Assembly: GCA_965248695.1 (NCBI GenBank)
Contig: CBDFKD010000002.1
Location: 1,920,001 to 1,984,000, forward strand
Source of the DNA: Acidobacteriota bacterium
Lineage (GTDB): Bacteria; Acidobacteriota; UBA890; WLXD01
Reading direction: 5' to 3'
DNA length: 64,000 nucleotides
A model generated the notes under the pieces. That model made no database searches and was not told the origin of the DNA. It saw nothing but the letters and a program-made list of their open reading frames with translations. Positions 53,573-62,981 of this stretch are shown here, piece after piece (within the stretch, counting starts at the first letter, position 1; every line of letters begins with the position of its first letter). The translations under genes and the position numbers were made by a program.

Positions 53573-53781
53573 GTCGTATGCGCAGGGGTAGGACGAGGCG
53601 AATCTAACACCGACATTCCGACAGGGTCAACAGAGCGCCATACGTGACCCTGTTGCACCTGTTAGATGGGCAGCACTGCCGATTCAGCCTTGAGTTTATT
53701 GTAGCCTGGCCCGTCTGTTGGCGCCTCTCCGCGTGCCGCAGTAGCATCCGCACACCCTAGAAACTCGCACTGGGCCCGCGC

Positions 53782-56457
53782 ATGCCTGCCAAGACGCTCT
53801 GTTTGATCGACGCCCTGAACCAGATCCACCGCGCGTACCACGCGTTGCCCGAGCTCACCAACTCGAGCGGAGTTCCCACCAACGCGACCCTCGGCTTCGT
53901 CACCATGTTGCGCAAGGTGATCGCCGACGAGAAGCCTGACTATTGCGCCATCGTGTTCGACCCGCCGGGGCCCACGATCCGGCATCAGGAGTACGCCGCC
54001 TACAAGTCGAGTCGACCCGCAACACCGGAAGACTTGCTCCAGCAGATCCCCTGGATCCGCCGCATCATAGAGGCGATGCGCATCCCCATCCTCGAGATGC
54101 CGACATACGAAGCCGACGACGTCATCGGCACGCTCGCGGCCCGCGCCGAGGAATCCGGGCTACGAACCATCATCATGTCGGAGGACAAGGATCTATTGCA
54201 GCTTGTCAGCGACAAGGTCCAGCTGCTGACCGAGCGCAACCAGCGCTACCTGTACGGGCCCGATGAGGTGCAGAACAAGTACGGCGTCCCGCCCCGGCTG
54301 ATGACCGACCTGCTCGGCCTCATGGGCGACACTGTCGACGACATTCCGGGCGTGCCGGGAATCGGTCCGAAGCGCGCCCGGGAGCTCCTCGAGGCGTACG
54401 GGTCGCTGGAGAACGCCGTCGATCACGCCGGCGACCTGGTCAAGTACAAGTACGGTCGCAATCTGGCGGAGTACGCCGAGCAGGCTCATCTGTCAAAGCG
54501 CCTCGCCACGATCCATACCGACCTGCCGATCGAGCTGCCCCTCGACGCGATGCAGATCAGCACGCCCGACGTTGCTACCTGCCGAGAGATATTCACCGAG
54601 CTCGAGTTCCGCCGGCTGCTCGACGACTCCGCCCAGGAGATCGAGCCCGCAGAGGGCGACTACCGCACCATCGCCGATTCAGCAGAGCTGAACACGGCAA
54701 TCGTGGCGATTCGCGAGGCCGGACGAATCGCCATCGAGCTGGGAGTCGACGACGGGCAGCCGATGCGGGCCCGGATCGTGGGCGTGGGGTTGAGCTGGGA
54801 AGCTGGTAGTGGCGTGTATGTGCCGCTGGCGCATCAGGGTCTCGGCGCTACGAACGCGATGCGTACGGAGGAATGCCTGCAGCAACTGTCACCGCTGCTG
54901 GTCGATGACAACGTCTACATCGTCGGCCACGACCTCAAACGCGACCTCATCACATTGGCGCGCCACGGTGTCGAGGGCTTAGAGCCGCAACTCGACACCA
55001 TGCTGGCGTCGTATGTCTTGCATCCCACACGCCAGAGCCACCGCCTCGGGGCGCTGGCGAGCGACCTTCTGCACGCCCGTGCGATCGAGCTCAAGGAGAT
55101 TCTCCCGGACCGAAAGGCCACCTTCGATACGGTCCCGATCGTCGAGGCGACCCGCTACGCGGCCGAGCGCGCCGATCTGGCGCTACGGCTGGCCGTCAAC
55201 TTCGACTCCGAGCTGCAGGCGCAGCCAGGACTCGCCGCGCTGCTCGCAGACCTCGAAATGCCGCTCATGCGGGTACTGGCCGCGATGGAGCAGCGCGGCG
55301 TCCGCATCGACGCAGGCTACCTGGCCGAGATGTCGGCTCAGTTCGCCGAGCGGATCGATGCGCTGCAGGCGGAGATCTACGAGATCGCCGGGGGTCCCTT
55401 CAACCTCAATTCGCCCAAACAACTGGCCGAGGTCCTCTTTGACCGGCTCGAGCTGCCGGCCGGGGGCAAGACCGCCAAGGGCAGTCGGTCGACCAAGGCC
55501 GAGGTGCTCGAGGCCCTGGCCCCCGACTACCCGATCGTCAGCCAGATTCTGGAGTATCGCGAGATCTCCAAGCTGCAAAGCACCTACGTCGAAGCGCTCC
55601 CCGGTTGCGTGCTGGCCGATACGGGGCGCGTGCACGGGTCCTTCGATCAGGCAGTGGCGGCGACGGGACGGCTCTCGAGCAGCAACCCGAACCTCCAGAA
55701 CATCCCCATTCGCAAGTCGACCGGGCGGCAGATCCGGCGCGCCTTCGTGCCGGCCGACGGCTGTCTGCTCATGACGGCCGACTACTCGCAGATCGAGCTC
55801 CGAATCATGGCGCATCTGTCGGCAGACCCGTCCCTGCAACAGGCGTTTCACGAGGGGATCGATATCCACCGAGCTACCGCGGCCGAGATCTTCCATGTCG
55901 AGCCCGTTGACGTCACCTACGAGCAGCGCGATCGGGCCAAGGTGATCAATTTCGGCGTTCTCTACGGCATGGGCCCGCAGCGCCTGGCACGCGAGTTCAA
56001 CGTTTCACTGGCAGAGGCCAAGGATTTTATCCAGCGTTACCTGAGCGCCTACCCGCGCGTACGCGACTACCTCGAGGCGACCGTCGCCCGGGCGCGCGAG
56101 GAAGGCTACGTGACCACCCTGCTTGGGCGCGTGCGCCATCTCCCGGAGCTGCAGAGCGGCCGCCCGATGGTGCGCTCCTTCGGAGAGCGCATCGCGGTGA
56201 ATACACCGCTCCAGGGAACCGCCGCCGATCTCATCAAGCTGGCGATGGTCAACCTGGACGCGCGCCTCACCGAGCTCGAGCTGGGTGCCGGAATGCTCAT
56301 TCAGGTGCACGACGAGCTCGTGCTGGAAGTGCCTGAGCCCGAGGTCGACCAGGTGACAGCGCTCGTGAAAGAAGAGATGGAGGGCGCCATCGAGCTCGAT
56401 GTACCGCTGCTGGTCGAGATCAGCGTTGGCGCTAACTGGATGGACGCCAAAGGGTGA
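53782..56457 (+). CDS. polA: DNA polymerase I
   Basis: 5'-3' exonuclease (YEADD, DKD, IPGVPGIG), TGRLSSSNPNLQNIP, DYSQIELR, KVINFGVLYG, QVHDEL. Confidence 0.98.
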   Translation: MPAKTLCLIDALNQIHRAYHALPELTNSSGVPTNATLGFVTMLRKVIADEKPDYCAIVFDPPGPTIRHQEYAAYKSSRPATPEDLLQQIPWIRRIIEAMRIPILEMPTYEADDVIGTLAARAEESGLRTIIMSEDKDLLQLVSDKVQLLTERNQRYLYGPDEVQNKYGVPPRLMTDLLGLMGDTVDDIPGVPGIGPKRARELLEAYGSLENAVDHAGDLVKYKYGRNLAEYAEQAHLSKRLATIHTDLPIELPLDAMQISTPDVATCREIFTELEFRRLLDDSAQEIEPAEGDYRTIADSAELNTAIVAIREAGRIAIELGVDDGQPMRARIVGVGLSWEAGSGVYVPLAHQGLGATNAMRTEECLQQLSPLLVDDNVYIVGHDLKRDLITLARHGVEGLEPQLDTMLASYVLHPTRQSHRLGALASDLLHARAIELKEILPDRKATFDTVPIVEATRYAAERADLALRLAVNFDSELQAQPGLAALLADLEMPLMRVLAAMEQRGVRIDAGYLAEMSAQFAERIDALQAEIYEIAGGPFNLNSPKQLAEVLFDRLELPAGGKTAKGSRSTKAEVLEALAPDYPIVSQILEYREISKLQSTYVEALPGCVLADTGRVHGSFDQAVAATGRLSSSNPNLQNIPIRKSTGRQIRRAFVPADGCLLMTADYSQIELRIMAHLSADPSLQQAFHEGIDIHRATAAEIFHVEPVDVTYEQRDRAKVINFGVLYGMGPQRLAREFNVSLAEAKDFIQRYLSAYPRVRDYLEATVARAREEGYVTTLLGRVRHLPELQSGRPMVRSFGERIAVNTPLQGTAADLIKLAMVNLDARLTELELGAGMLIQVHDELVLEVPEPEVDQVTALVKEEMEGAIELDVPLLVEISVGANWMDAKG

Positions 56458-56495
56458 AGTGGCCGTGGGCGGTCGGCGGGCTGGGTTTGGAGGGA

Positions 56496-56887
56496 GGCGC
56501 AAGGGTCAAGGGCATCAGACTGCAGCGTCAACGATTGGTGCTCGGTGGGGCTGGGTTGCTCACGCGTCTCGGGCGTAGGTGGATGAGCGTCGGGTTTGGC
56601 CGATGCTGCTGTCCGATGCCCTTGACCCTTGCGCCACACCATGGAGGTGACCAGCCCGTCGATCGGGGAGGGCCACATCACCGCACGGCTTTCGGGGGGA
56701 CTCCTGCTGAACGGGGTTGGGTGTCGAGTGCGCTGACGGCTCGGCACCGTGAGCGGGGGCGCGGTCCTCGGACCCTTTGGGTCCTTGTTTGTGGGTGGAC
56801 GCTAGCTCTGCGAATCAACGCTCGGGCCGGCAGCGCCGTCCTCGGACCCTGTGGGTGCTTTGTTTGTTGGCGAGCGCTGGCTCTGCG
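56496..56887 (+). repeat. Hairpin repeat element, copy C, with 3' tail and partial tail duplication
   Basis: 25-bp inverted repeat GGCGCAAGGGTCAAGGGCATCRGAC (56496-56520 / 56611-56635) around the shared core; tail 56694-56812; segment 56764-56812 repeated at 56838-56887. Confidence 0.85.
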
Positions 56888-57002
56888 GTGCTATCTCGTG
56901 AACGTCGCTGCGGCGTCCAGCTATCGCACCTGTTCTCCGCCACTCTCCGTAGGTTGATATATTGGCGCCTCGCGCTCCCCGTTTTCTTTGCTGTGACCAC
57001 CG

Positions 57003-57326
57003 ATGCCTATTTATGAATACGAGTGTCGCAAGTGCGGCCATCGCTTCGAGCGCATTCAGAAGTTCTCCGATCGCGTCGTGCGCACGTGCCCGGAATGTAA
57101 GGGCCGTGTCGATCGACTCGTTCACGCACCGGCGATCCAGTTCAAAGGAACCGGCTGGTACGTCACCGACTACGCCGACAAAGGCAAGAAGACAGAATCG
57201 GACACCAACGGATCCGGCGACGGTAAGAAGGACGATGCGAAGAACGGGGCAACGGACAAGCCCGACGCTGGCGCCAAGTCGAAGAGCGACACGAGCACGA
57301 AGAAAACGAGCAAGAAGAGCGACTAA
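57003..57326 (+). CDS. FmdB-family zinc-ribbon protein
   Basis: MPIYEYECRKCG...CPEC...FKGTGWYVTDY. Confidence 0.92.
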   Translation: MPIYEYECRKCGHRFERIQKFSDRVVRTCPECKGRVDRLVHAPAIQFKGTGWYVTDYADKGKKTESDTNGSGDGKKDDAKNGATDKPDAGAKSKSDTSTKKTSKKSD

Positions 57327-57341
57327 CGGGACTCGGCGGGT

Positions 57342-58202
57342 TCAGTTGAGCTCGCGGAGGTAGCGCCGGAACCGATCCCCGACGTCGGGATGCCGTCGCG
57401 CCACTTCGACCGTCGCCTTCAAGAGCCCGACGCGGCTACCGCAATCGTAGCGAAGGCCCTCGAACTCGACCGCGTGACAGGGCTCCTCGCTGAGCGCGGA
57501 TCTCAGGGCGTCGGTCAGCTGCACCTCGCCGCCGACGCCGGCGCCGGTTTGCGCCAGGATGCTGAATATCTTCGCCGGCAGAACATAGCGACCGACGATT
57601 GCCAGATTGCTCGGCGCGTCCTCGACGGGCGGTTTCTCCACCATGTCGGTGACTCGGTAGACGTTGTCTGCGACGCGCTCGGCGCTGATCACGCCGTAGC
57701 GATCAACGTGCTCTTGAGGCACGCGCTCGACGGCAACCACGACGCCCCCGTGCTGCGCGTGGACGCGTCGCAGCTGCTCCAGAACGGGAACGTCGGCGAG
57801 CAGAAAGTCGTCCGGGAACATGACGCCGAAGGGCTCGTTGCCGACGGCTTCGCGGGCTTGGAGGATCGCGTGTCCCACGCCGCGTGGCTGCCGCTGTTCC
57901 ACCGCTTCCACTCGAGCGAGGTTGGCCACCGCCCGGACAGTTTCGAGCATCGTGGTGTTGCCGCGCTCGTGCAGCATGGCCTCGAGGTCCGCATCGGCTG
58001 CGAAATGCTTGAGCACCGACGTCTTGCCCGGCGCGGTGATCAGCACGACACGCTTGCTGCCGGCGGCGACCGATTCTTCCACCGCATACTGCAGCAGCGG
58101 TCGATCGAAAACAGGCAGCATTTCCTTGGGCGTCGCCTTGGTGGCCGGCAAGAAACGCGTGCCCAAGCCTGCAACGGGAATGACCGTTGTCCGGAAGCTC
58201 AT
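57342..58202 (-). CDS. galU: UTP--glucose-1-phosphate uridylyltransferase
   Basis: [39 protein letters not shown]. Confidence 0.95.
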   Translation of the reverse strand: MSFRTTVIPVAGLGTRFLPATKATPKEMLPVFDRPLLQYAVEESVAAGSKRVVLITAPGKTSVLKHFAADADLEAMLHERGNTTMLETVRAVANLARVEAVEQRQPRGVGHAILQAREAVGNEPFGVMFPDDFLLADVPVLEQLRRVHAQHGGVVVAVERVPQEHVDRYGVISAERVADNVYRVTDMVEKPPVEDAPSNLAIVGRYVLPAKIFSILAQTGAGVGGEVQLTDALRSALSEEPCHAVEFEGLRYDCGSRVGLLKATVEVARRHPDVGDRFRRYLRELN

Positions 58203-58313
58203 GTGATCCTGTCCTGTCGCTGGAGGCTCGACGCTACCACGCGTGCTCGTGCACCATCCGCAGCCCAGGTATGCTCTGAGCGGCGGCTCCGCCCCTCATC
58301 CGGAACATCCCGA

Positions 58314-59606
58314 ATGCTCGATTTCAGCATCATTCGCCAGTCCCCGGAACGAACCCGCGAGTCGTTGGCGCAGCGGCACTCTGAGGTCGACATCGACGCG
58401 TTGCTGGCGCGCGACACGGAGCGTCGGACACTGATCGGCGAGGTCGAGTCGCTGCAGGCGGAGCGCAATGAAACCAGCAAGCGGATCGGTGAGCTCAAGC
58501 GCAGTGGCGCCGACGCCGACGAGATCATGGCCCGCATGCGCAGCGTCGGAGATCGGATCAAGAAGCTCGAGGGAGAGCTGAAGGCCGTCGACGCGGCGAT
58601 TCGCCACGACACGCTGCGCCTGCCGAACCTGCCGCACGACACGGTCCCGGTCGGCGATGACGAGGCCGCCAATCGCATCGAGCGCACCTGGGGAGAGCCC
58701 ACCGCGTTGGGTTTCGAGCCGCGCGACCATGTCGAGCTTGGCGAAGCCCTCGGGATTCTCGATTTCGCGCGCGCCGCCAAGGTCTCCGGGGCTCGGTTCT
58801 CGACCCAGTTCGGGGTAGGCGCGAGGCTCGAGCGTGCGTTGGCAGCCTACATGCTGGATGTACACACTGGCGGTGGATATCTCGAGGTGCTCACGCCGCT
58901 GCTGGTCACCCCGGAAGCGATGCAGGGAAGCGGTCAGCTGCCCAAGTTCGCCGACGACGCCTTCTTCGTGAATAGTGATGAGCTGTACCTGATTCCGACC
59001 TCCGAGGTACCGCTGGTGAACCTGCACAGCGGCGAGATCCTGCCTGCAACGGATCTGCCGGTGCGGTACTGCGCCCACACATCGTGTTTTCGGCGCGAGG
59101 CGGGCTCCTACGGTCGCGACACCCGGGGGCTCATACGCATGCACCAGTTCAACAAGGTGGAGCTCGTGTGGATCACCGACGAGGAGTCCTCGTTCGAGGC
59201 GCTGGAGGCGCTCACCGCGGATGCCGAGCGCATCCTGCAAGGACTGGAACTGCCCTACCGCGTCATCACGTTGTCGACCGGCGACATGGGCTTCGCCGCC
59301 GCCAAGACCTACGACCTGGAGGTATGGATACCCTCCCAGGACCAGTATCGCGAGATCTCATCGTGCAGCAATTGCACGGATTTCCAATCACGTCGCGCTG
59401 ACATCCGTTATCGCGCCTCCGGCGCTGTCAAGACACGGCTGGCGCACACGTTGAACGGCTCGGGAGTCGCCGTCGGTCGGGCGCTGGTGGGCCTACTCGA
59501 GAACCACCAGCAGGAGGATGGCACGGTAGCGATACCGGAGGTACTGCGGCCGTATCTCGACGGCCTCGAACGCATCGAGCCGATCGAGCGCCCCGGCGCT
59601 GGATAA
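58314..59606 (+). CDS. serS: Serine--tRNA ligase
   Basis: MLD start, [43 protein letters not shown]. Confidence 0.97.
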   Translation: MLDFSIIRQSPERTRESLAQRHSEVDIDALLARDTERRTLIGEVESLQAERNETSKRIGELKRSGADADEIMARMRSVGDRIKKLEGELKAVDAAIRHDTLRLPNLPHDTVPVGDDEAANRIERTWGEPTALGFEPRDHVELGEALGILDFARAAKVSGARFSTQFGVGARLERALAAYMLDVHTGGGYLEVLTPLLVTPEAMQGSGQLPKFADDAFFVNSDELYLIPTSEVPLVNLHSGEILPATDLPVRYCAHTSCFRREAGSYGRDTRGLIRMHQFNKVELVWITDEESSFEALEALTADAERILQGLELPYRVITLSTGDMGFAAAKTYDLEVWIPSQDQYREISSCSNCTDFQSRRADIRYRASGAVKTRLAHTLNGSGVAVGRALVGLLENHQQEDGTVAIPEVLRPYLDGLERIEPIERPGAG

Positions 59607-59652
59607 TCGTGGCTACCTGAGCGGCCCGGTCTTGGTAACCTACCGCTCATCC

Positions 59653-59745
59653 GGAGGCATGGCAGAGTCCGGCTGAATGCGGCGGTCTTGAAAACCGTTG
59701 ACCGCTTTCAAAGGCGGTCCGAAGGTTCGAATCCTTCTGCCTCCG
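59653..59745 (+). tRNA. tRNA-Ser (anticodon TGA)
   Basis: GGAGGCA/TGCCTCC acceptor, GCGGT-CTTGAAA-ACCGT anticodon arm, long variable arm, GGTTCGAATCC. Confidence 0.95.
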
Positions 59746-59781
59746 CCTGAGTCGCCGGCCAAGCTGAGAACAAGTCCCATC

Positions 59782-59870
59782 GGAGGGGTGCTAGAGCGGA
59801 CGAATAGGGCGGCCTGCTAAGCCGTTGCACGGTTCATTCCGTGCCGTGGGTTCGAATCCCACCCCCTCCG
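59782..59870 (+). tRNA. tRNA-Ser (anticodon GCT)
   Basis: GGAGGGG/CCCCTCC acceptor, GCGGC-CTGCTAA-GCCGT anticodon arm, long variable arm, GGTTCGAATCC. Confidence 0.95.
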
Positions 59871-59911
59871 CCTTTTCCCCAACAGCCACAAGGTCACGTA
59901 CAATCCGAGCC

Positions 59912-60247
59912 GTGAGCACGAGCGAGCTTGACCCACATGCCCGGCCTGGATTGGTCGATATCGCCGACCCGGTGGCCGCGGCGACCCGCATCGCGGGGGT
60001 GGCGGACGATGCATGTCAGTCGTGCGATGCCCCGGGTTCATGGACCCTGAGCACACGGCATCGATTCAGCCCGTTCGGCGGCGTCACGCTCTTGACCCTG
60101 GCCTTCTGGGCTCTCCTGATCGGCGCGCTGGTCGGGCTCTCGCTGATACCGGCTGCGGTTCTGTCGTTGCTTGGCCTGATCTTGATCGTCAGCCGGCGAA
60201 CGGCGCTCGAATGTCAGGTTTGCGGCTTCGTCCGCGCACGCAACTGA
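59912..60247 (+). CDS. Small membrane zinc-ribbon protein (CxxC - hydrophobic hairpin - CxxC, LITAF-like)
   Basis: CQSC and CQVC flank two hydrophobic helices; GTG lies 7 nt after TACAAT. Confidence 0.6.
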   Translation: MSTSELDPHARPGLVDIADPVAAATRIAGVADDACQSCDAPGSWTLSTRHRFSPFGGVTLLTLAFWALLIGALVGLSLIPAAVLSLLGLILIVSRRTALECQVCGFVRARN

Positions 60248-60436
60248 CGACTCGATAGACCGCGACTGGCGAGACCGCTTCCGAACGGCTACCATCCCGC
60301 AGTCGAGGCCGGCAGGGGCCGTTCATCAATCAGGAGTCGATTCGCCCCGCCGAGCCACCCGCGAGGTTGCTCTTCCTACCGCGAGACGCCCTTCTTGTAT
60401 CTCCGACCTTCGTTTCTGCCCGCTGAGAGGTAACCC

Positions 60437-61948
60437 ATGTCCGACAAGTCCGAGGTTCGCGTTCGCTTCGCGCCCAGCCCTACCGGCGAGCTGCACGTCG
60501 GCGGGGCGCGCACCGCGCTCTACAACTGGCTGTTCGCACGCCACCACGACGGCAAGTTCATCCTGCGGCTCGAGGATACCGACGAGCAGCGGTCGCAGGA
60601 GGAGTACCTGGACTCGATCCTTCGTTCGCTCACCTGGCTCGGGCTCGACTGGGACGAGGGCCCGGTAAGCCAGAGCGACAGGCTGGACCTGTACCGCGAC
60701 TACGTTTCGCTGCTGATGAACTCCGGTCATGCCTACTACTGCTTCGCCACTCAGGAGGAGCTTGACGAGCAACGCCAGGAAGCCCTGGAAACGCGCGAGG
60801 GTCAGGAAGAAGAGGTGGACAATTGGGTCTACCGTGGCGCCGACCGCGACCTGGCGACCGAAGAGGTGCGCAAGCGCATCGAAGCCGAGGAGCCGCACAC
60901 GGTGCGCTTCAAGGTCCCAGACGAAGGATCGATCACGATCACCGACTCAGTGCAGGGAGAGGTCATCTTCGAGTGCTCAGTGATCGAAGACTTCGTGCTC
61001 CTGCGCTCCGACGAGAAGCCGACCTATCACCTGTCCAACGTGGTCGATGACATCGAGATGGGGATCACGCACGTGATCCGCGGCGCTGACCACCTTTCGA
61101 ACACGCCAAAGCAGGTGCTCGTCTATCAGGCGCTGGACGCGAAGCTGCCTGAGTTTGGCCATCTGCCGCTCATCCTCGGCCAGGACGGCAAGCGTCTCTC
61201 GAAGCGCCACGGGGCGACCTCGGTCACCTACTTCCACGACAAGGGCTACCTGCCAGGTGCCGTGGTGAACTACCTGTCCCTGCTCGGCTGGAACGCCGGC
61301 GATGATCGCGAGGTATTCACCGTCGCCGAGCTTACCAAGGAGTTCAACCTCGAAGGCGTCAACAAGTCGAACCCGAAGTTCGATCTCGAGAAGCTCTCCT
61401 GGCTCAACGGGGAGTACATCTCCAAGGTGCCCGCCGGCGAGCTGCGGGAGGCGGTGCGGGAGGCGCTACGCGTTCGCGGCTGCTGGGAGGAAGAGCTCGA
61501 CATGGAGCGGCGCGACTACTTCTTCGCGCTGATCGAGCTGTGGCAGTCCCGCGCCAGGACGACGAACGAGCTGGCCGATAACATCGCACCTTTCCTCACC
61601 GAGGCTTTCGCGTACCACCCCGACGGCATCAAGGAGCACGTCCAGGGCAAGGATCTGCTCGGTCTGGTCGAGGCCTTCCGGGAAACCCTGCTGCAGGTCG
61701 ACCCCTGGGAGCAGGCAGAGCTCGAGAGAACGCTGCGAGAGGTCGCCGAGGGCATGGACCGCGAGGCCAGCGACCTGATCCACGTCGTCCGTATCGCGCT
61801 TACCGGCAAGAGAGCCTCTCCCGGCATTTTCGAGGTGCTCGAGATGATGTCGAGAGACAAGGCGCGGGCACGGCTCGATCGCATGATCCGCTATCTGCGC
61901 AAGCTCGACACCGCCCGACGGAAGCGCGAGGAACAGGCCGCAGGGTAA
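60437..61948 (+). CDS. gltX: Glutamate--tRNA ligase
   Basis: RFAPSPTGELHVGG, RLEDTD, IRGADH, RLSKRHG. Confidence 0.97.
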   Translation: MSDKSEVRVRFAPSPTGELHVGGARTALYNWLFARHHDGKFILRLEDTDEQRSQEEYLDSILRSLTWLGLDWDEGPVSQSDRLDLYRDYVSLLMNSGHAYYCFATQEELDEQRQEALETREGQEEEVDNWVYRGADRDLATEEVRKRIEAEEPHTVRFKVPDEGSITITDSVQGEVIFECSVIEDFVLLRSDEKPTYHLSNVVDDIEMGITHVIRGADHLSNTPKQVLVYQALDAKLPEFGHLPLILGQDGKRLSKRHGATSVTYFHDKGYLPGAVVNYLSLLGWNAGDDREVFTVAELTKEFNLEGVNKSNPKFDLEKLSWLNGEYISKVPAGELREAVREALRVRGCWEEELDMERRDYFFALIELWQSRARTTNELADNIAPFLTEAFAYHPDGIKEHVQGKDLLGLVEAFRETLLQVDPWEQAELERTLREVAEGMDREASDLIHVVRIALTGKRASPGIFEVLEMMSRDKARARLDRMIRYLRKLDTARRKREEQAAG

Positions 61949-61964
61949 GACCGGGAACGGGCTG

Positions 61965-62807
61965 GTGACTGCTGCGGCAGAGCCGAATCGCCGCTCGCTG
62001 AGCCTTCGGGGGCCGGATCGTCCGGTGATCGGCATGGTTCACCTGCGTGCTCTTCCAGGTGCCCCGGAGTACCGCGGCAGCCTCGACGAGGTGCGCTCAG
62101 CAGCTTTTCGGGACGCTGAGGCACTGCAGACCGGCGGTGCCAACGCGTTGCTGGTGGAGAACTTCTTCGACGCGCCGTTCTACCCCGACCGTGTGCCGGT
62201 TCACACGGTCGCCCATATGACCGCCATCGCCAGCGCCCTTCGGCAGCGCTTCGATCTGCCGCTCGGAGTCAACGTGCTGCGCAACGACGGGCGCGCGTCG
62301 CTGGCCGTCGCGCATGCCGCTGGCGGAGGCTTCGTCCGGGTAAACGTGCTGACCGGGGCCCGGCTGACCGATCAGGGCATTGTGCAGGGGTGCGCCCACC
62401 TACTGGCGCGCGACCGCCAGCTACTGAACGCCCGCGACGTGAACATCCTCGCCGACGTCAACGTCAAGCATTCGGCGCCGTTGGCCGCGTACGACCCGGA
62501 CCAGGAGGTAGCAGACGCGATCGCACGCGGCGGCGCCGACGCCGTCATCGTCTCTGGCAGCGGGACCGGTGAGCCCGTCACCCCGCCGGAGCTGCGGCGG
62601 GTCTGCACCGCGGCAGCAGGTACGCCGGTGCTGGTCGGGTCCGGGGTGACCGCAGTCGGTGTCGCGGACCTCGCCGCTGCCAGCGGCTTCATCATCGGCA
62701 CATCGGTCAAGCGCGGCGGTGAAATTCCCAATGCGGTGGAGCCGGACCGCGTACGTCAGCTGGTCGACGCGGTGGCGCGACTGCCTCGCGGCCACGCGCC
62801 GGGCTAG
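61965..62807 (+). CDS. BtpA/SgcQ-family TIM-barrel protein
   Basis: IGMVHLRALPG, ENFFDAP, GVNVLRND, ADVNVKH, IVSGSGTG. Confidence 0.9.
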   Translation: MTAAAEPNRRSLSLRGPDRPVIGMVHLRALPGAPEYRGSLDEVRSAAFRDAEALQTGGANALLVENFFDAPFYPDRVPVHTVAHMTAIASALRQRFDLPLGVNVLRNDGRASLAVAHAAGGGFVRVNVLTGARLTDQGIVQGCAHLLARDRQLLNARDVNILADVNVKHSAPLAAYDPDQEVADAIARGGADAVIVSGSGTGEPVTPPELRRVCTAAAGTPVLVGSGVTAVGVADLAAASGFIIGTSVKRGGEIPNAVEPDRVRQLVDAVARLPRGHAPG

Positions 62808-62981
62808 CAGGCCGTGGTGAAAGTGTGGTGGGTCGGGCGACAGGGTCTTGCGAGGCGCAGGCCAGGAGAGAGGAGGAGGCGATGGTTACCCCATCGTTGA
62901 CGACAAACGACGCAGCATCCGCGCGCAACCCCCAGTCGCCCGAAGGGTTACGGCCCACCACACTTTCACCACGGCCTGCTA
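62805..62981. mobile_element. MITE-like element with 31-bp terminal inverted repeats
   Basis: TAGCAGGCCGTGGTGAAAGTGTGGTGGGYCG at both ends (30/31 match), nested internal inverted repeats, flanking TA, no ORF of transposase size. Confidence 0.8.

Noticed and set aside
56454-56957. 167-aa ORF after polA
   Set aside because: It runs across the non-coding hairpin repeat, has atypical composition, and its frame is not preserved in the other copies.
59653-59870. Amber-suppressor, Sec or Pyl tRNA explaining the in-frame TAG codons
   Set aside because: The anticodon loops CTTGAAA and CTGCTAA centre on TGA and GCT, with 7-bp acceptor stems; both are ordinary tRNA-Ser.
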